From: Saprospiraceae bacterium
Lineage (GTDB): Bacteria; Bacteroidota; Bacteroidia; Chitinophagales; Saprospiraceae
Reading direction: 5' to 3'
Assembly (NCBI GenBank): GCA_022842725.1
Contig: JALHOZ010000001.1
Coordinates: forward strand, 149,309 to 213,308
DNA: 64,000 nt
Part shown: positions 1 through 9,912 of the stretch, one piece after another
Numbering within the stretch: position 1 is the stretch's first letter
Layout of the letters: each line of letters opens with the position of its first letter
Made by a program: the position numbers and the translations under genes
Notes under the pieces: generated by a model
Database searches by the model: none
What the model was told of the DNA's origin: nothing
Seen by the model: only the letters and a program-made list of their open reading frames with translations

Positions 1-2
1 GC

Positions 3-371
3 GCAGGATGTACCATCAATAAAGGAGTTTCCGGGGACACAATCATAGGCGAAGGCAGTAAACTTGATAGTCAGGTTCACATCGCGCACGGAGCTGTTTT
101 GGGAAAAAACTGTCTGCTGGCTGCTCAGGTCGGTATAGCCGGAAAAACCATTGTCGGAGATAATGTCGTAATGTATGGACAGGTTGGTGTCGCCCAAAGA
201 CTCAAAATAGGTGACGGAGCTGTTATTCTGGCAAAATCCGGCGTTTCAAAAAGTTTGGAAGGAAATAAAGTATACTTTGGAATTCCGGCAATGGAAGCAA
301 GAGATAAATATAAAGAACTGGTTAAATTGAGAATGCTCGCCAAAGACGAAATTCAGGTGATGCAAGGTTAA
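3..371 (+). CDS. lpxD: UDP-3-O-acylglucosamine N-acyltransferase LpxD, C-terminal portion (5' end outside window)
   Basis: The frame is open from nt 3. The translation shows left-handed beta-helix hexapeptide repeats (IGEGSKLDSQVHIAHGAVLGKNCLLAAQVGIAGKTIVGDNVVMYGQVGVAQRLKIGDGAVILAKSGV) followed by a short helical tail, as in LpxD. Confidence 0.75.
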   Translation, partial: AGCTINKGVSGDTIIGEGSKLDSQVHIAHGAVLGKNCLLAAQVGIAGKTIVGDNVVMYGQVGVAQRLKIGDGAVILAKSGVSKSLEGNKVYFGIPAMEARDKYKELVKLRMLAKDEIQVMQG

Positions 372-434
372 CAAACCAAAAATTACAAGTCTGATTCAAT
401 TGTTTTTTTCTTATGTTTTGTATTCAAAACAAAA

Positions 435-1703
435 TCATACATTTTCCCCGTCCGGATTACCGGTTAATTTTACAACTTTTACCGTTTCGATTTTGGTACC
501 GCTTACTGAAAGAATTATAAACTTAAAGTTCTCCAAAAGAATTTCTTCTCCTTGTTCCGGAATGCTGCCGTGGGTCATCACAATGTAGCCGGACAAAGTA
601 ACATAATCACCTTCAGGTAATTCTAATTCCGGAAATCGTGAGTTAATATAATCCATTTCCAATCTTCCTGAAAATATATATTCATTTTCAGAAATTTTGG
701 ACTCCTCAAAATCTTCATCATCATGTTCGTCATCAATTTCTCCGAAAATTTCTTCCAGGATATCTTCAAGGGTTATTAATCCGGCGGTACTTCCGTATTC
801 GTCCACCACGACAGCAATATTTGTACTGGTTTTAATAAATTTGTACATAAGTTCCTGAACATTCATCACTTCAGGAACATACTCCAAATCCATGATGAAC
901 TTTTTGATACTGACCGGATTTTTTAATAAAAACTGATGGTGTACATATCCGACAATATTTTCGATATCACCGTCTGTGACCAAAAGCCGGGAATGTTTAG
1001 ATTCCATGAAAGCTTTTTTTATTTCTTCCATGTCGTCACTTTTATCAATAAAAACGATTTCGTTTCTGGGCACCATACAATCTTTCACCTTGATCAGATT
1101 CAGATTGAGCGCATTGTTTAGAATTTCTTTATCAAAATCTTTTTCTTCCGTCACATTGGAAGATATATAATGTTCAAGGTCTTGTTTGGTGATGACATTT
1201 TCTTCTGTTATAATCGCATTTTTAAAAAATAATTTTATAATTGCTTTTGACACAACGGTAAGTATCCACGAGGGTATTGCCAATAAAATTTTAAAAAAAT
1301 TGATCGGATAAGCAAGTTTAAAAATCAGTTCATTAGCATAAATCCTGAATATCGTTTTAGGAATATACTCTCCTGTGATTAATACGATGATGGTTAATAA
1401 AAACGTATTGATCAATCCGATAGCCGCATCAGTCAAGGGAAGATATTCGGTGAGCAAAGGTTGGGTGATTCCTGTCATAAAGATGGTAAACAACACCAGC
1501 GCTATGTTATTTCCTACAAGCAATGTACTTAAAAATGATTTAGGGTCATTGTACAAAGATGATAAAATTTTTCCCTTTTTATAATCTTTGTTTTTAAAAA
1601 CCTCAATACTCAACTTGTTGGCTGACAGATACGCTATCTCTACCCCTGAAAAAAATGCAGACAGCAGCAAAGCAATAATCACCAAAAGAATACTTCCTAA
1701 CAT
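435..1703 (-). CDS. Hemolysin-family membrane protein: CNNM/DUF21 TM domain + CBS pair + CorC_HlyC domain (GldE-like)
   Basis: 422-aa ORF with N-terminal TM helices, a CBS-pair region (VKDCMVPRNEIVFID ... IAVVVDEYGSTAGLITLEDILEEIFGEIDDEHD) and a C-terminal transporter-associated domain. Confidence 0.85.
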   Translation of the reverse strand: MLGSILLVIIALLLSAFFSGVEIAYLSANKLSIEVFKNKDYKKGKILSSLYNDPKSFLSTLLVGNNIALVLFTIFMTGITQPLLTEYLPLTDAAIGLINTFLLTIIVLITGEYIPKTIFRIYANELIFKLAYPINFFKILLAIPSWILTVVSKAIIKLFFKNAIITEENVITKQDLEHYISSNVTEEKDFDKEILNNALNLNLIKVKDCMVPRNEIVFIDKSDDMEEIKKAFMESKHSRLLVTDGDIENIVGYVHHQFLLKNPVSIKKFIMDLEYVPEVMNVQELMYKFIKTSTNIAVVVDEYGSTAGLITLEDILEEIFGEIDDEHDDEDFEESKISENEYIFSGRLEMDYINSRFPELELPEGDYVTLSGYIVMTHGSIPEQGEEILLENFKFIILSVSGTKIETVKVVKLTGNPDGENV

Positions 1704-1866
1704 GGAAAAAATTAAAATTATGACGCAAAGTTATGAAGAGAATCCATATTAGTAGTGAATCAAATTAAAAATGTTGATTTTTTAAAAAATATTCTCTTGA
1801 AATGTGGTTTTTATGGATTTTACCGACCATGATAAACAAACAATTCACGGTACGGATAAGATAATT

Positions 1867-2457
1867 CTAATTTCCTTTCATAAAATCAGTAACATTGACT
1901 TTACCCTGAACCTTTTTTTTGATTTCAAAAATGGTAAAATTTTGGTTTGCCAAAAAACCAAAACCATAGGTTGTATCGCCCTGTATTTTGTCTGTAATTC
2001 TGACGATTTTGTCCGTATAGACGATTTGTCTGTTTTCATCCCAGATAAGTTCGGGTGATTCCAGCTTTTTTCTGTTATCCCAAAACTCAACCCTGCCTTT
2101 GGTCGTGATTTTTCCGGTACGAACATCCCTGATAGCAGTATTTGCTTCCAGCCAACTGACCGGCTGACTCTGTTGTCCCATAAAAGTCACCAGAATTCCT
2201 TTGTCAAAAATTTCTTTTTCCTGACCAGGCTGTATATATCTTTCAAGTACAGGTGCTGTAACGGTCATTTTAATTTTGGCTGAGTCGCTGTAAATCATTC
2301 TGATATCTTTGCCTCTTTCAATATAAATATTGGCATCCTCATTCAGGAATTTATCGATTTCCTGAATGTCGCCACATGAAAAAAAGATAAAAATCATAAT
2401 GGTAAAAAATGCCAAAGGACGTAACCCTATCACAAGAAAAAATACTGATTTATTCAT
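1867..2457 (-). CDS. LptC-like periplasmic LPS-export protein (membrane anchored)
   Basis: 196 aa with an N-terminal anchor and a beta-jellyroll-like repeat pattern (IYSDSAKIKMTVTAPVLERY ... LEANTAIRDVRTGKITTKGRVEFWD ... LIWDENRQIVYTDKIVRI). Its position upstream of the CBS/CorC gene is common in Bacteroidota. The call is by resemblance only. Confidence 0.5.
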   Translation of the reverse strand: MNKSVFFLVIGLRPLAFFTIMIFIFFSCGDIQEIDKFLNEDANIYIERGKDIRMIYSDSAKIKMTVTAPVLERYIQPGQEKEIFDKGILVTFMGQQSQPVSWLEANTAIRDVRTGKITTKGRVEFWDNRKKLESPELIWDENRQIVYTDKIVRITDKIQGDTTYGFGFLANQNFTIFEIKKKVQGKVNVTDFMKGN

Positions 2458-4621
2458 CCAAAACGGTTAGGTCACCCGAAAACACTTTGACAAATTCATC
2501 AATATAACGAACAGAAGCTACCCACGTAAAAACGCCCTGCTCTACAGGTTTTTCCTTAAAAAAACCATCCCAACCCTGTTTGTGTTCATTAAAGATAAAT
2601 GTACTGACATTCTGTAGATTCAATCGACTGTCATAACCATGATAAACTTTGTTACCCCAGCGGTCATATATTTCGAGGGATTCGACATATTTTACACTTT
2701 TATTACCAAAAAGACCAAAATAGCTGTTTTCCGGGTACACCGGTTTGTGTATTTTGATGACATTGGGAAAAACAAGTTCATATACCTTATTCACTCGTAA
2801 AGTCACTTCAGCTGTGGCGGTACAACCTAACGTATCTGTAACTGTAAAAACGTAAGTTGTCGTGTTCTTCGGAAAAACTGTGGCAAAATAATTATCCTCA
2901 TCATATAATTCGACGTCGCTCAACGGATTCCAGACTGCAGAACCAACACCATTGACACTTTGTAATATGATACCCTGAATATCTGCTGTTTCTCCCAAAT
3001 CGACTATTTGATCTTCGATCGCATCAACCAATACAGGTGGTGGTTCATTGATGACCACAATAGTATCGTGCTCACAACCTTTGATATCCCGCACGCTCAG
3101 ATTGTAGGTACCTACATCCAGATTCCGGAACCGGTTATTCGGTTGCCAGGTCACTCCGTTGTCTATAGAAAATTCAAATTCCGGACTACCGCCTCTTAAA
3201 ACCCTGGTGGTGATTTCTCCTTCAGGAATATTAAAACACCGGAGATCTTTTACTAATCCTGCCAATGTTAAGGTGCTTGTGTCCTTACAGCATGGTTCAA
3301 TATAAAAATCAAGAATTTTGGTCACTAGACATCCACGCGTTGTTTTTACTGTCAAAGCCGCAATTTTGTCGCCAAAAGATTCATATAAAACATTGTGGGG
3401 TCCAAATGTGGAAGCTCCTTGCGGAACAGCTCTGTTTCCAAATGACCAGGCATATGATTCGATCGGATCGGTCAAAGATTGAGAAAGATTGATGAATGAT
3501 ATGTTTTTATCACATTCAAATTGATTTTGTGTTTGAATTTCAAAATCAACTTCAGGACCTAAAAATGTTCCGGTTCCTCCGAATTCCACTTCAAACCCAA
3601 GGCCGGACCGCGAATAATTATTGATGACGAGCATGTATGATCTGCCGGTTTCCATACTAAGTGGTGCGACAAAATTATTATCACCTCTGGCACAACCTGC
3701 TGTTTCGGTAAAATCCGATTCACCTGTTCTCAATCCTGTTGGACCGTTACAATCTATCCACTGGGTAAGAGGTAAAGAATTTCCGGCGCCATCTCCGTTA
3801 GCACCTGAAGCCATACATCGGATCAATGTTCTGCTTTGTTGTTTGCAATCATCCAATCCGTTGGTCAGTTCATAAACGGCAAAATCCAGGTCATCGCTGA
3901 CAAAATTTCTTCCCCTGTGATTGTTAGGTGTGAGGGTGAAAGTCAGACTTCCTGATTCATCACATGTCCATTTATACCATGAGGATTGAAATTCTTCGAA
4001 TATGCAGTTGCCGGATTCTATTTCATTTCTGTCCATTCCCGCACCAAAAAGGCTGTCCACTACAAAAGGCGACTTGTCGCACAACACTACAGCACTTTTA
4101 CAATCAGCTTCAGGTACTGGTACGGGTTTAAACGTATTGATACACATTTTAAAAGTACCTTCTCCTCCTTCTGAGGACTCGACATAAATAAAATAAGGTT
4201 TTCCAGGTACCAGATTGTCATATATAAACTCAACAATTCCCCCCTGATTTCCGGGAGAGCAGGCAACAAAAGTGTTACAATCATCAAATAATAAAACTTT
4301 TGGAGAGCGCATAGTTCCTCCGTTACCTTCCCCGAATACCCTTATATTGACGGCAAAATTGCGGGGCGTAAATGAAAACCAAACACCATTGGTAAACCCA
4401 AGAAAAACACATGCGTTAACAGCTGCCGGAAAACTTGGATCTGTTGTAGCTCCTACATTGGTAAATTCACCATCTTCTGAACAATAATGTTCTGATTCAT
4501 TTATTCTGATGGCAAACCGGCATTCATCATTTGACGGTTGTGCAAAACAAATCTGAACGGCCAACAAAAATGTTAAGCCAGTCAATATTTGTTTGAAGAA
4601 AATCATATTTAGTTTATTCAT
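2450..4621 (-). CDS. Large secreted T9SS cargo protein with type B (gliding-motility-associated, CHU_C-like) C-terminal sorting domain
   Basis: 723 aa with a signal peptide, a Cys-rich N-terminal region, a PKD-like segment (YAWSFGN...AALTVKTTRGC) and an SprB-like repeat. The C-terminus (VFPNVI...SLEIYDRWGNKVYHG...WDGFFKEKPVEQGVFTWVASVRY...SGDLTVL) is typical of type B sorting domains. The gene overlaps the next gene by 8 nt. Confidence 0.8.
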   Translation of the reverse strand: MNKLNMIFFKQILTGLTFLLAVQICFAQPSNDECRFAIRINESEHYCSEDGEFTNVGATTDPSFPAAVNACVFLGFTNGVWFSFTPRNFAVNIRVFGEGNGGTMRSPKVLLFDDCNTFVACSPGNQGGIVEFIYDNLVPGKPYFIYVESSEGGEGTFKMCINTFKPVPVPEADCKSAVVLCDKSPFVVDSLFGAGMDRNEIESGNCIFEEFQSSWYKWTCDESGSLTFTLTPNNHRGRNFVSDDLDFAVYELTNGLDDCKQQSRTLIRCMASGANGDGAGNSLPLTQWIDCNGPTGLRTGESDFTETAGCARGDNNFVAPLSMETGRSYMLVINNYSRSGLGFEVEFGGTGTFLGPEVDFEIQTQNQFECDKNISFINLSQSLTDPIESYAWSFGNRAVPQGASTFGPHNVLYESFGDKIAALTVKTTRGCLVTKILDFYIEPCCKDTSTLTLAGLVKDLRCFNIPEGEITTRVLRGGSPEFEFSIDNGVTWQPNNRFRNLDVGTYNLSVRDIKGCEHDTIVVINEPPPVLVDAIEDQIVDLGETADIQGIILQSVNGVGSAVWNPLSDVELYDEDNYFATVFPKNTTTYVFTVTDTLGCTATAEVTLRVNKVYELVFPNVIKIHKPVYPENSYFGLFGNKSVKYVESLEIYDRWGNKVYHGYDSRLNLQNVSTFIFNEHKQGWDGFFKEKPVEQGVFTWVASVRYIDEFVKVFSGDLTVLDE

Positions 4622-4759
4622 GGCAAAAGTGTCGGTTTAGATAAAAACACTTTATCAATTGATAATGCTTGTAAAAAAGGCAAATTTAACGTAAAATTAA
4701 GTAAACTGACCAAAGAAATGATATTAATTGTACTTTTGCTGTCTATTATTGATTTTTTT

Positions 4760-5473
4760 ATGCTATATCTGGTCCCAACACCTATCGGAAACATGGAGGA
4801 TATTACCTTAAGGGCAATATCGGTACTCAAATCCGTAGATATTATTCTGGCTGAAGATACCCGGACAAGTGGACATTTATGCAAACATTATGATATCACT
4901 ACGCCGGTCTCTTCTTATCATGCTTTTAATGAACATAAAGTATTACCCCACTTTGTTTCTTTACTAAAAGAAGGGAAAAATATAGCATTGGTGACAGATG
5001 CAGGAACTCCGGGCATATCTGATCCCGGGTTTTTATTGGTGAGGGCTTGTGTCAGAGAAAATATAAAAGTGTCATGCCTTCCCGGAGCAGTAGCTTTTAT
5101 CCCGGTTTTGGTTGCTTCAGGTTTGCCTTGTGACAAATTTTTTTTTGAAGGCTTTTTGCCTCACAAAAAAGGCAGACAAACGAGGTGGAAGTATCTGAGT
5201 CAGCAACCTTACACATTTATACTTTATGAATCACCACACAGGTTGATAAAATGTCTGGAAGAAATCCTGCAATATTGCGGAGAAGAAAGACTTCTTTGTG
5301 TAGGGCGTGAAATATCCAAAATGTTTGAAGAAATCAAAACCGACACAGCGCCAAATCTTTTAAAGTATTACACTGAAAAACCGGCCAAAGGAGAGATCGT
5401 GATTGTAGTATCCGGAAAAAATGATGATGATACTTTTATTCAAACAGCACCTGATTCCGAAGAAAATGAGTAA
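4760..5473 (+). CDS. rsmI: 16S rRNA (cytidine1402-2'-O)-methyltransferase RsmI
   Basis: The sequence LYLVPTPIGNMEDITLRAISVLKSVDIILAEDTRTSGHL matches the RsmI tetrapyrrole-methylase-fold N-terminus. I chose the ATG at 4760 over the hydrophobic 14-codon extension that starts at 4718. Confidence 0.9.
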   Translation: MLYLVPTPIGNMEDITLRAISVLKSVDIILAEDTRTSGHLCKHYDITTPVSSYHAFNEHKVLPHFVSLLKEGKNIALVTDAGTPGISDPGFLLVRACVRENIKVSCLPGAVAFIPVLVASGLPCDKFFFEGFLPHKKGRQTRWKYLSQQPYTFILYESPHRLIKCLEEILQYCGEERLLCVGREISKMFEEIKTDTAPNLLKYYTEKPAKGEIVIVVSGKNDDDTFIQTAPDSEENE

Positions 5474-5573
5474 ACGATCCAACTCTTTAAATTACAAACA
5501 AAAAAATATAAAATACGGGTTGATAGATTCATATCACTACATTTTAAAATTATACACCTTATAACGCTGAGCC

Positions 5574-6812
5574 TTGATTTCATTCGAAAAATTTATTTTG
5601 CAAAACGGTCTGAAGGTTTTGGTTCATGAAGATGCTTCCACCCCTTTGGTTTGTGTAAATATCGTTTATAACGTCGGATCCAAACATGAAGATCCGAATC
5701 ATACAGGATTTGCTCATTTATTTGAACATCTTATGTTTGGCGGATCAAAAAACATACCTGATTTTGACGAACCATTACAACTGGCCGGTGGAGAAAACAA
5801 TGCTTTTACCAATAATGATCTGACCAACTTTTATGATATCGTTCCGGCGGAAAATATCGAAACAGTTTTCTGGCTTGAATCCGACCGGATGATGTCTTTG
5901 AATTTGAACAGTAAAGTTTTGAAAACCCAAAAGCAGGTTGTTATTGAAGAATTTAAGGAAACGTGTCTAAACGAACCTTATGGAGATTTTTGGCATCACA
6001 TGAGCGAAATGGCTTATCAACAACATCCTTATCACTGGCCGACTATCGGAAAAGATATATCCCATATTGAAGGCGCTACCATTGATCAGGTAAAAACATT
6101 TTTTGAAACTTTTTATACTCCTGATAATGCTGTTTTGGTCGTAGCAGGCAAAACGACATATGAGCAAGTTAAGTCTCTGGCTGAAAAATGGTTTGGGGAC
6201 ATACCACCTGGGCAAAAAACCAAAAAAATCATTGCTACTGAACCCTTACAGCATGAATTCAGATCAAAAAAGATTATTTCTGACGTTCCTCATGATGCAA
6301 TTTACCTATCATTTCCTATGTCCGGAAGATTGGACAAAGAGTATTATGTCATGGATTTAATTACCGACCTGTTGGCAAATGGTCGGTCTTCAAGATTTTA
6401 CAAAAACCTGTATAAAGGCAAAAAAATGTTCAATACCATTGATGCATTTATATCGGGTTATGTCGATCCCGGCTTATGTATCATTGAAGGTAAAATTATG
6501 CCTGATTTTTCCATTGATGAAGCAAGAGACGCCATTTGGGAAGAGCTTACTGATATTCAAACAAAAGGTATCAGCGACAATGAATTGGCTCGTTTGCGAA
6601 ACACCCTGGAATCCAGTCTCATTTATTCTGAAGTAAGTATTTTAAATAAAGCCATACTACTTGCGTTTTTTGCGTCTTTGGGAAAAGAAGAATGGATCAA
6701 TGAAGAAGCAGGCCTTTATCAATCCATTACCAAAGAAGATATTCAGGAAACAGCAAAAAAAATATTTGTTCACCATCAGTGTAATGAGTTGGTTTATCAA
6801 AAACTAACCTGA
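5574..6812 (+). CDS. M16 (pitrilysin/insulinase) family zinc peptidase
   Basis: An inverted zinc motif HxxEH is present (FAHLFEHLMF), with a downstream Glu region (ENNAFT). The ORF is 412 aa and has a TTG start. Confidence 0.85.
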   Translation: MISFEKFILQNGLKVLVHEDASTPLVCVNIVYNVGSKHEDPNHTGFAHLFEHLMFGGSKNIPDFDEPLQLAGGENNAFTNNDLTNFYDIVPAENIETVFWLESDRMMSLNLNSKVLKTQKQVVIEEFKETCLNEPYGDFWHHMSEMAYQQHPYHWPTIGKDISHIEGATIDQVKTFFETFYTPDNAVLVVAGKTTYEQVKSLAEKWFGDIPPGQKTKKIIATEPLQHEFRSKKIISDVPHDAIYLSFPMSGRLDKEYYVMDLITDLLANGRSSRFYKNLYKGKKMFNTIDAFISGYVDPGLCIIEGKIMPDFSIDEARDAIWEELTDIQTKGISDNELARLRNTLESSLIYSEVSILNKAILLAFFASLGKEEWINEEAGLYQSITKEDIQETAKKIFVHHQCNELVYQKLT

Positions 6813-6871
6813 CAAAGACGGATTCCCTCTCTGACAAAATGTTATAATCTTATGGCTTTACTGTGCTAAAA

Positions 6872-6921
6872 AACATGTTTTTCGCCACATTTTATTTAAT
6901 TTTAAGGCAGAAAAACATGTT
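6872..6921. terminator. Stem-loop between convergent genes (candidate bidirectional terminator)
   Basis: AACATGTTTTTC (6872..6883) is the exact reverse complement of GAAAAACATGTT (6910..6921), giving a 12-bp stem and a 26-nt loop. It lies between the M16 peptidase (+) and DoxX (-) 3' ends. Confidence 0.45.
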
Positions 6922-6945
6922 GTAATATAATGCTCAAAACTGATT

Positions 6946-7323
6946 TTACTGAATAATCGGAAGATACTTTTGCCTGTTTTCATAAATAATCCAACCTAAA
7001 ATGGCCCAAATGACTATGGCTATTGGTAATCCCTCCGGTGCCACAGTTAGATGGACCAACAAAACGCCAACCATTACCGGAAAAACGATCAAAGCACCTA
7101 ATGCTCGTGTTTTGGAAAATAAAATGAGTACTCCACCCACTAATTCTGCCAATCCTGCCAGTGGCATCAACCAGGCAATTTCCATCAATGCCTCAGTATC
7201 TTTTACTAATGGTTCGGGCAAACCTTCAGGTACCGGCATATAATGAAAAAATTTGTCTAAACCTCCGTTGATTAACAAAAGTCCGAAAAGCATGGAAATG
7301 ACATTAAAAAATTTCTGTTTCAT
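6946..7323 (-). CDS. DoxX family membrane protein
   Basis: 125 aa with 4 TM helices and DoxX-like sequence (INGGLDKFFHYMP ... LAELVGGVLILFSKTRALGALIVFPVMVGVLLVH). Confidence 0.7.
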   Translation of the reverse strand: MKQKFFNVISMLFGLLLINGGLDKFFHYMPVPEGLPEPLVKDTEALMEIAWLMPLAGLAELVGGVLILFSKTRALGALIVFPVMVGVLLVHLTVAPEGLPIAIVIWAILGWIIYENRQKYLPIIQ

Positions 7324-7496
7324 GTTTCTGTTTTAATTGTTATAAATGATTGCAAGAATGAACGTTAATCTTCCGGCTTTTACGTAAAATCGACGACTTT
7401 TTAGATAAAAAAACCAAAAAAGTGATCATGTTTTACAGCATGTACACATTTTTTTCTGATTTTTATTTCATTCAGAATACAAGGTCTTTTAAAATG

Positions 7497-8123
7497 TTAT
7501 CGTAACACATTTGCTATCACAACAAGCCACAATATATAACAAATTACCAACAACCGGTTAAAATATCCGTTGACTCCAATCACACCATTTGGTAGTGCTT
7601 TTGGTGGTTCTATACCCGGACCCATGGGTAAACCGGTTTTTTTATATCCTGACATCAATAATATCATACTTACAGCCATAAATAGTAAACTTATCCAGAC
7701 AGCATGGGTCGAAAAAAGAATGGTGGCTTTTTCGGGTTTCCATTTTCCCATATCTATGATGTGGTAACAAATCAACAACGAACCTACAGGTAATGAGGGG
7801 ATACCCAATCCGAAAGCCAGACCATGATGTTTGTGTTTGACATCAAAAATACCACCTAAAATTGCACCCACACCAGATATAAAAACCAAAACAACTCCGG
7901 TTTCAGACCAAAAGCTGTTTACTTCCGGCCATAGTGCCAAAGCAAGTGTTATGGATGCTAATCCCCAGGTAATAAAAAAAGTAGTAATAAGCCATGAATG
8001 TCTTCCTAAAGCATATTCGCTGATCATTCGCCAACTTGGTTTGAATTCGGGACTCACAAAGTGTAGTATCAACAAACTGATCAAAGATACAGCACTACAT
8101 AATAAAACGATTGTTGCTAACAT
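7497..8123 (-). CDS. DUF998-like polytopic membrane protein
   Basis: 208 aa with about 6 TM helices. The N-terminal motif HFVSPEFKPSWRMISEYALG is typical of DUF998 proteins. Confidence 0.55.
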   Translation of the reverse strand: MLATIVLLCSAVSLISLLILHFVSPEFKPSWRMISEYALGRHSWLITTFFITWGLASITLALALWPEVNSFWSETGVVLVFISGVGAILGGIFDVKHKHHGLAFGLGIPSLPVGSLLICYHIIDMGKWKPEKATILFSTHAVWISLLFMAVSMILLMSGYKKTGLPMGPGIEPPKALPNGVIGVNGYFNRLLVICYILWLVVIANVLR

Positions 8124-8126
8124 CTT

Positions 8127-9092
8127 TTAATCTTTTTGTTGAAAATTAATCATCCAATTGATCCCGTATTTGTCAGAAAACTCTCCGAAATATGCACCAA
8201 AAAACATGTCTGCCAAAGGCATGGTTACGGTACCTCCTTCGGACAATTCGTCAAAAATTCTTTTGGCTTCTTCTCTGGATTCAGGCTCGAGGCAGATATG
8301 TAAATTATTACCTTTATTGAGGGTGAATCCCATTTCTTTGGGTGCGTCCGTTCCCATGAGAATATGTCCGCCAAGGATGGGCAATTCCACATGTAGTACC
8401 ATATCTTTTATGTTCTCCGAAACCGGCGGTTGATTTTCATCCTGAGGAATATCTCTGAATCGTTGGATACCGTTGACAAATTCTGATTTGAATACTTTTT
8501 TATAAAAATTAAAAGCTTCTTCTGTATTTCCCGGAAAGTTCAGATAGCTTGAGACTCTTGCATTGTTATTGGGTTTGTTTTTTTTCCTGAGATAAAACTG
8601 AGCTGCAATATATTGATCAAGATTTTCCAGACCGGCAGAAAACCCTTCTTTGAAGCCCATACTAATGATTTTTTCCAGGTCTTCCAGAGTCGAAAAAGTC
8701 AAAAGGATATTGACAAGTGTATGGTCTCCTACATGGGAAAATTTATTATACCAATTGTTTCTTGGCATATTATGGTTGATTATCCCGGCTTCATCACAAA
8801 ATGCATCTGTACCTTGGTAAGATTGAAGCGGGACTACTTTTTGGTAGTCAAAACGACACCAATGAACTTCGTTTTCAGGACCTGTCATACAATAATGCCA
8901 AAAACCGCCAGTGGAACAATCCATAGATTTGGTTTTGTTTTTGAATGGTTTTGGCGCCCACCATTGGTCCAATATGTCTGCCTCAGTCCATGCAGCCCAC
9001 ACAAGTTGGAGGTCAGCTGCAAATTCCCTGTTGATGCTAATGGTATGGTTATCTTTATTGGCAATAAAGTCAAACTGTAAAATGTTATTCAT
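8127..9092 (-). CDS. Fusion protein: SRPBCC (AHSA1-like) domain + VOC/PhnB-like (glyoxalase-fold) domain
   Basis: The N-terminal half resembles Aha1/SRPBCC proteins (LQLVWAAWTEADILDQWWAPKPF). The C-terminal half resembles PhnB-like VOC proteins (YLNFPGNTEEAFNFYKKVF ... VLHVELPILGGHILMGTD ... PLADMFFGAYFGEFSDKYGINWMIN). Confidence 0.7.
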   Translation of the reverse strand: MNNILQFDFIANKDNHTISINREFAADLQLVWAAWTEADILDQWWAPKPFKNKTKSMDCSTGGFWHYCMTGPENEVHWCRFDYQKVVPLQSYQGTDAFCDEAGIINHNMPRNNWYNKFSHVGDHTLVNILLTFSTLEDLEKIISMGFKEGFSAGLENLDQYIAAQFYLRKKNKPNNNARVSSYLNFPGNTEEAFNFYKKVFKSEFVNGIQRFRDIPQDENQPPVSENIKDMVLHVELPILGGHILMGTDAPKEMGFTLNKGNNLHICLEPESREEAKRIFDELSEGGTVTMPLADMFFGAYFGEFSDKYGINWMINFQQKD

Positions 9093-9100
9093 TTTATTTA

Positions 9101-9514
9101 TTATGAAAGTGCTTCAACGTAAGATTTAAAGTTATTGAGGATTGCCTGCCAACCGGCTTGCTGCATTTCCAGGGGATGTTCTGTCTCAGGGTCGAAGGAA
9201 ACGGATATTTCGGTCTGACCATCTGTTTCAGTAAAATGAACATCACAAAACCGGTCTCCAAAACCATAAGAATAGGCATTGCCCATATCAATTTTGGTGT
9301 AAACTGCTTCAAAATCAAACCCAAAACTTCCGTCTTTGGCCTCCATTCTTGCCATATATTTTCCGCCAATCGTCATATCATTTTCCGCTTTCGGGCAATG
9401 CCAGGAAGGGTCTGCAAAATTCCAGTTTACAATGTGTTTCGGATTTGTGTAACAATCCCAAACTGTACTTTTGTTTGCTTTTATTAAAGCGGAAACGGTG
9501 ATTTTAGTGCTCAT
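9101..9514 (-). CDS. SRPBCC (AHSA1/START-like) domain protein
   Basis: 137 aa. KSTVWDCYTNPKHIVNWNFA ... and the GWQAILNNFKSYVE tail are typical of Aha1-like SRPBCC proteins that sit next to ArsR regulators. Confidence 0.75.
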   Translation of the reverse strand: MSTKITVSALIKANKSTVWDCYTNPKHIVNWNFADPSWHCPKAENDMTIGGKYMARMEAKDGSFGFDFEAVYTKIDMGNAYSYGFGDRFCDVHFTETDGQTEISVSFDPETEHPLEMQQAGWQAILNNFKSYVEALS

Positions 9515-9567
9515 GATAAGTTTTGTATTAAGGTTATGTAAACTATTTAAAATATAACAATATTCTG

Positions 9568-9900
9568 TTATAGATCATGTTTTTTTGATGTAAGGTTTAT
9601 TAAGAGCTGATCCAATTGGTCAAATCTGGACTCCCAAATTTTCCTGAACTGATCGATCCATTGATCTACTTCCTTCATTTTATCTATGTCGAGGTGATAA
9701 TATATTTCTCTGCCTTGTTGGTTTTGGGTCAACAATTCACATTCAGTTAATATTTTTAAATGTTTTGAAATGGCTTGTCTGCTGGTGTCAAAATGTTCTG
9801 CCAAGGCATTTGGTGTCATAGCGCCCATCGTGAGTAAAACGATGATTGCCCGCCGTGTGGGGTCTGCAATGGCCTGAAAAACATCTCTCCTTATTTCCAT
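9568..9900 (-). CDS. ArsR/SmtB family transcriptional regulator
   Basis: Winged-HTH signature [17 protein letters not shown]...[31 protein letters not shown] prefer the ATG at 9900 (MEIRRDVF) over the 14-codon extension to 9942. Confidence 0.85.
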   Translation of the reverse strand: MEIRRDVFQAIADPTRRAIIVLLTMGAMTPNALAEHFDTSRQAISKHLKILTECELLTQNQQGREIYYHLDIDKMKEVDQWIDQFRKIWESRFDQLDQLLINLTSKKHDL

Positions 9901-9912
9901 AAAATGAAATAT

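Noticed and set aside
4718-4759. N-terminal 14-codon extension of rsmI, and similar extensions at 9901..9942, 31428..31490, 58091..58135 and 62516..62533
   Set aside because: The extensions are hydrophobic or odd (for example MILIVLLLSIIDFF before the conserved LYLVPTPIGN start), or they begin at TTG codons. Internal ATG codons give N-termini that match the expected family starts.
6868-6882. AAAAAACATGTTTTT palindrome as a possible operator
   Set aside because: It lies between two convergent 3' ends, not in a promoter. It is better explained as one arm of the 12-bp stem (6872..6883 with 6910..6921) of a terminator-like hairpin.
8613-9080. 155-aa plus-strand ORF inside the SRPBCC-VOC gene, plus similar antisense ORFs at 9158..9487, 21170..21586, 21626..22099, 41873..42328 and 13059..13370
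   Set aside because: All are antisense to, or out of frame with, longer ORFs that carry clear family signatures. None has a motif.
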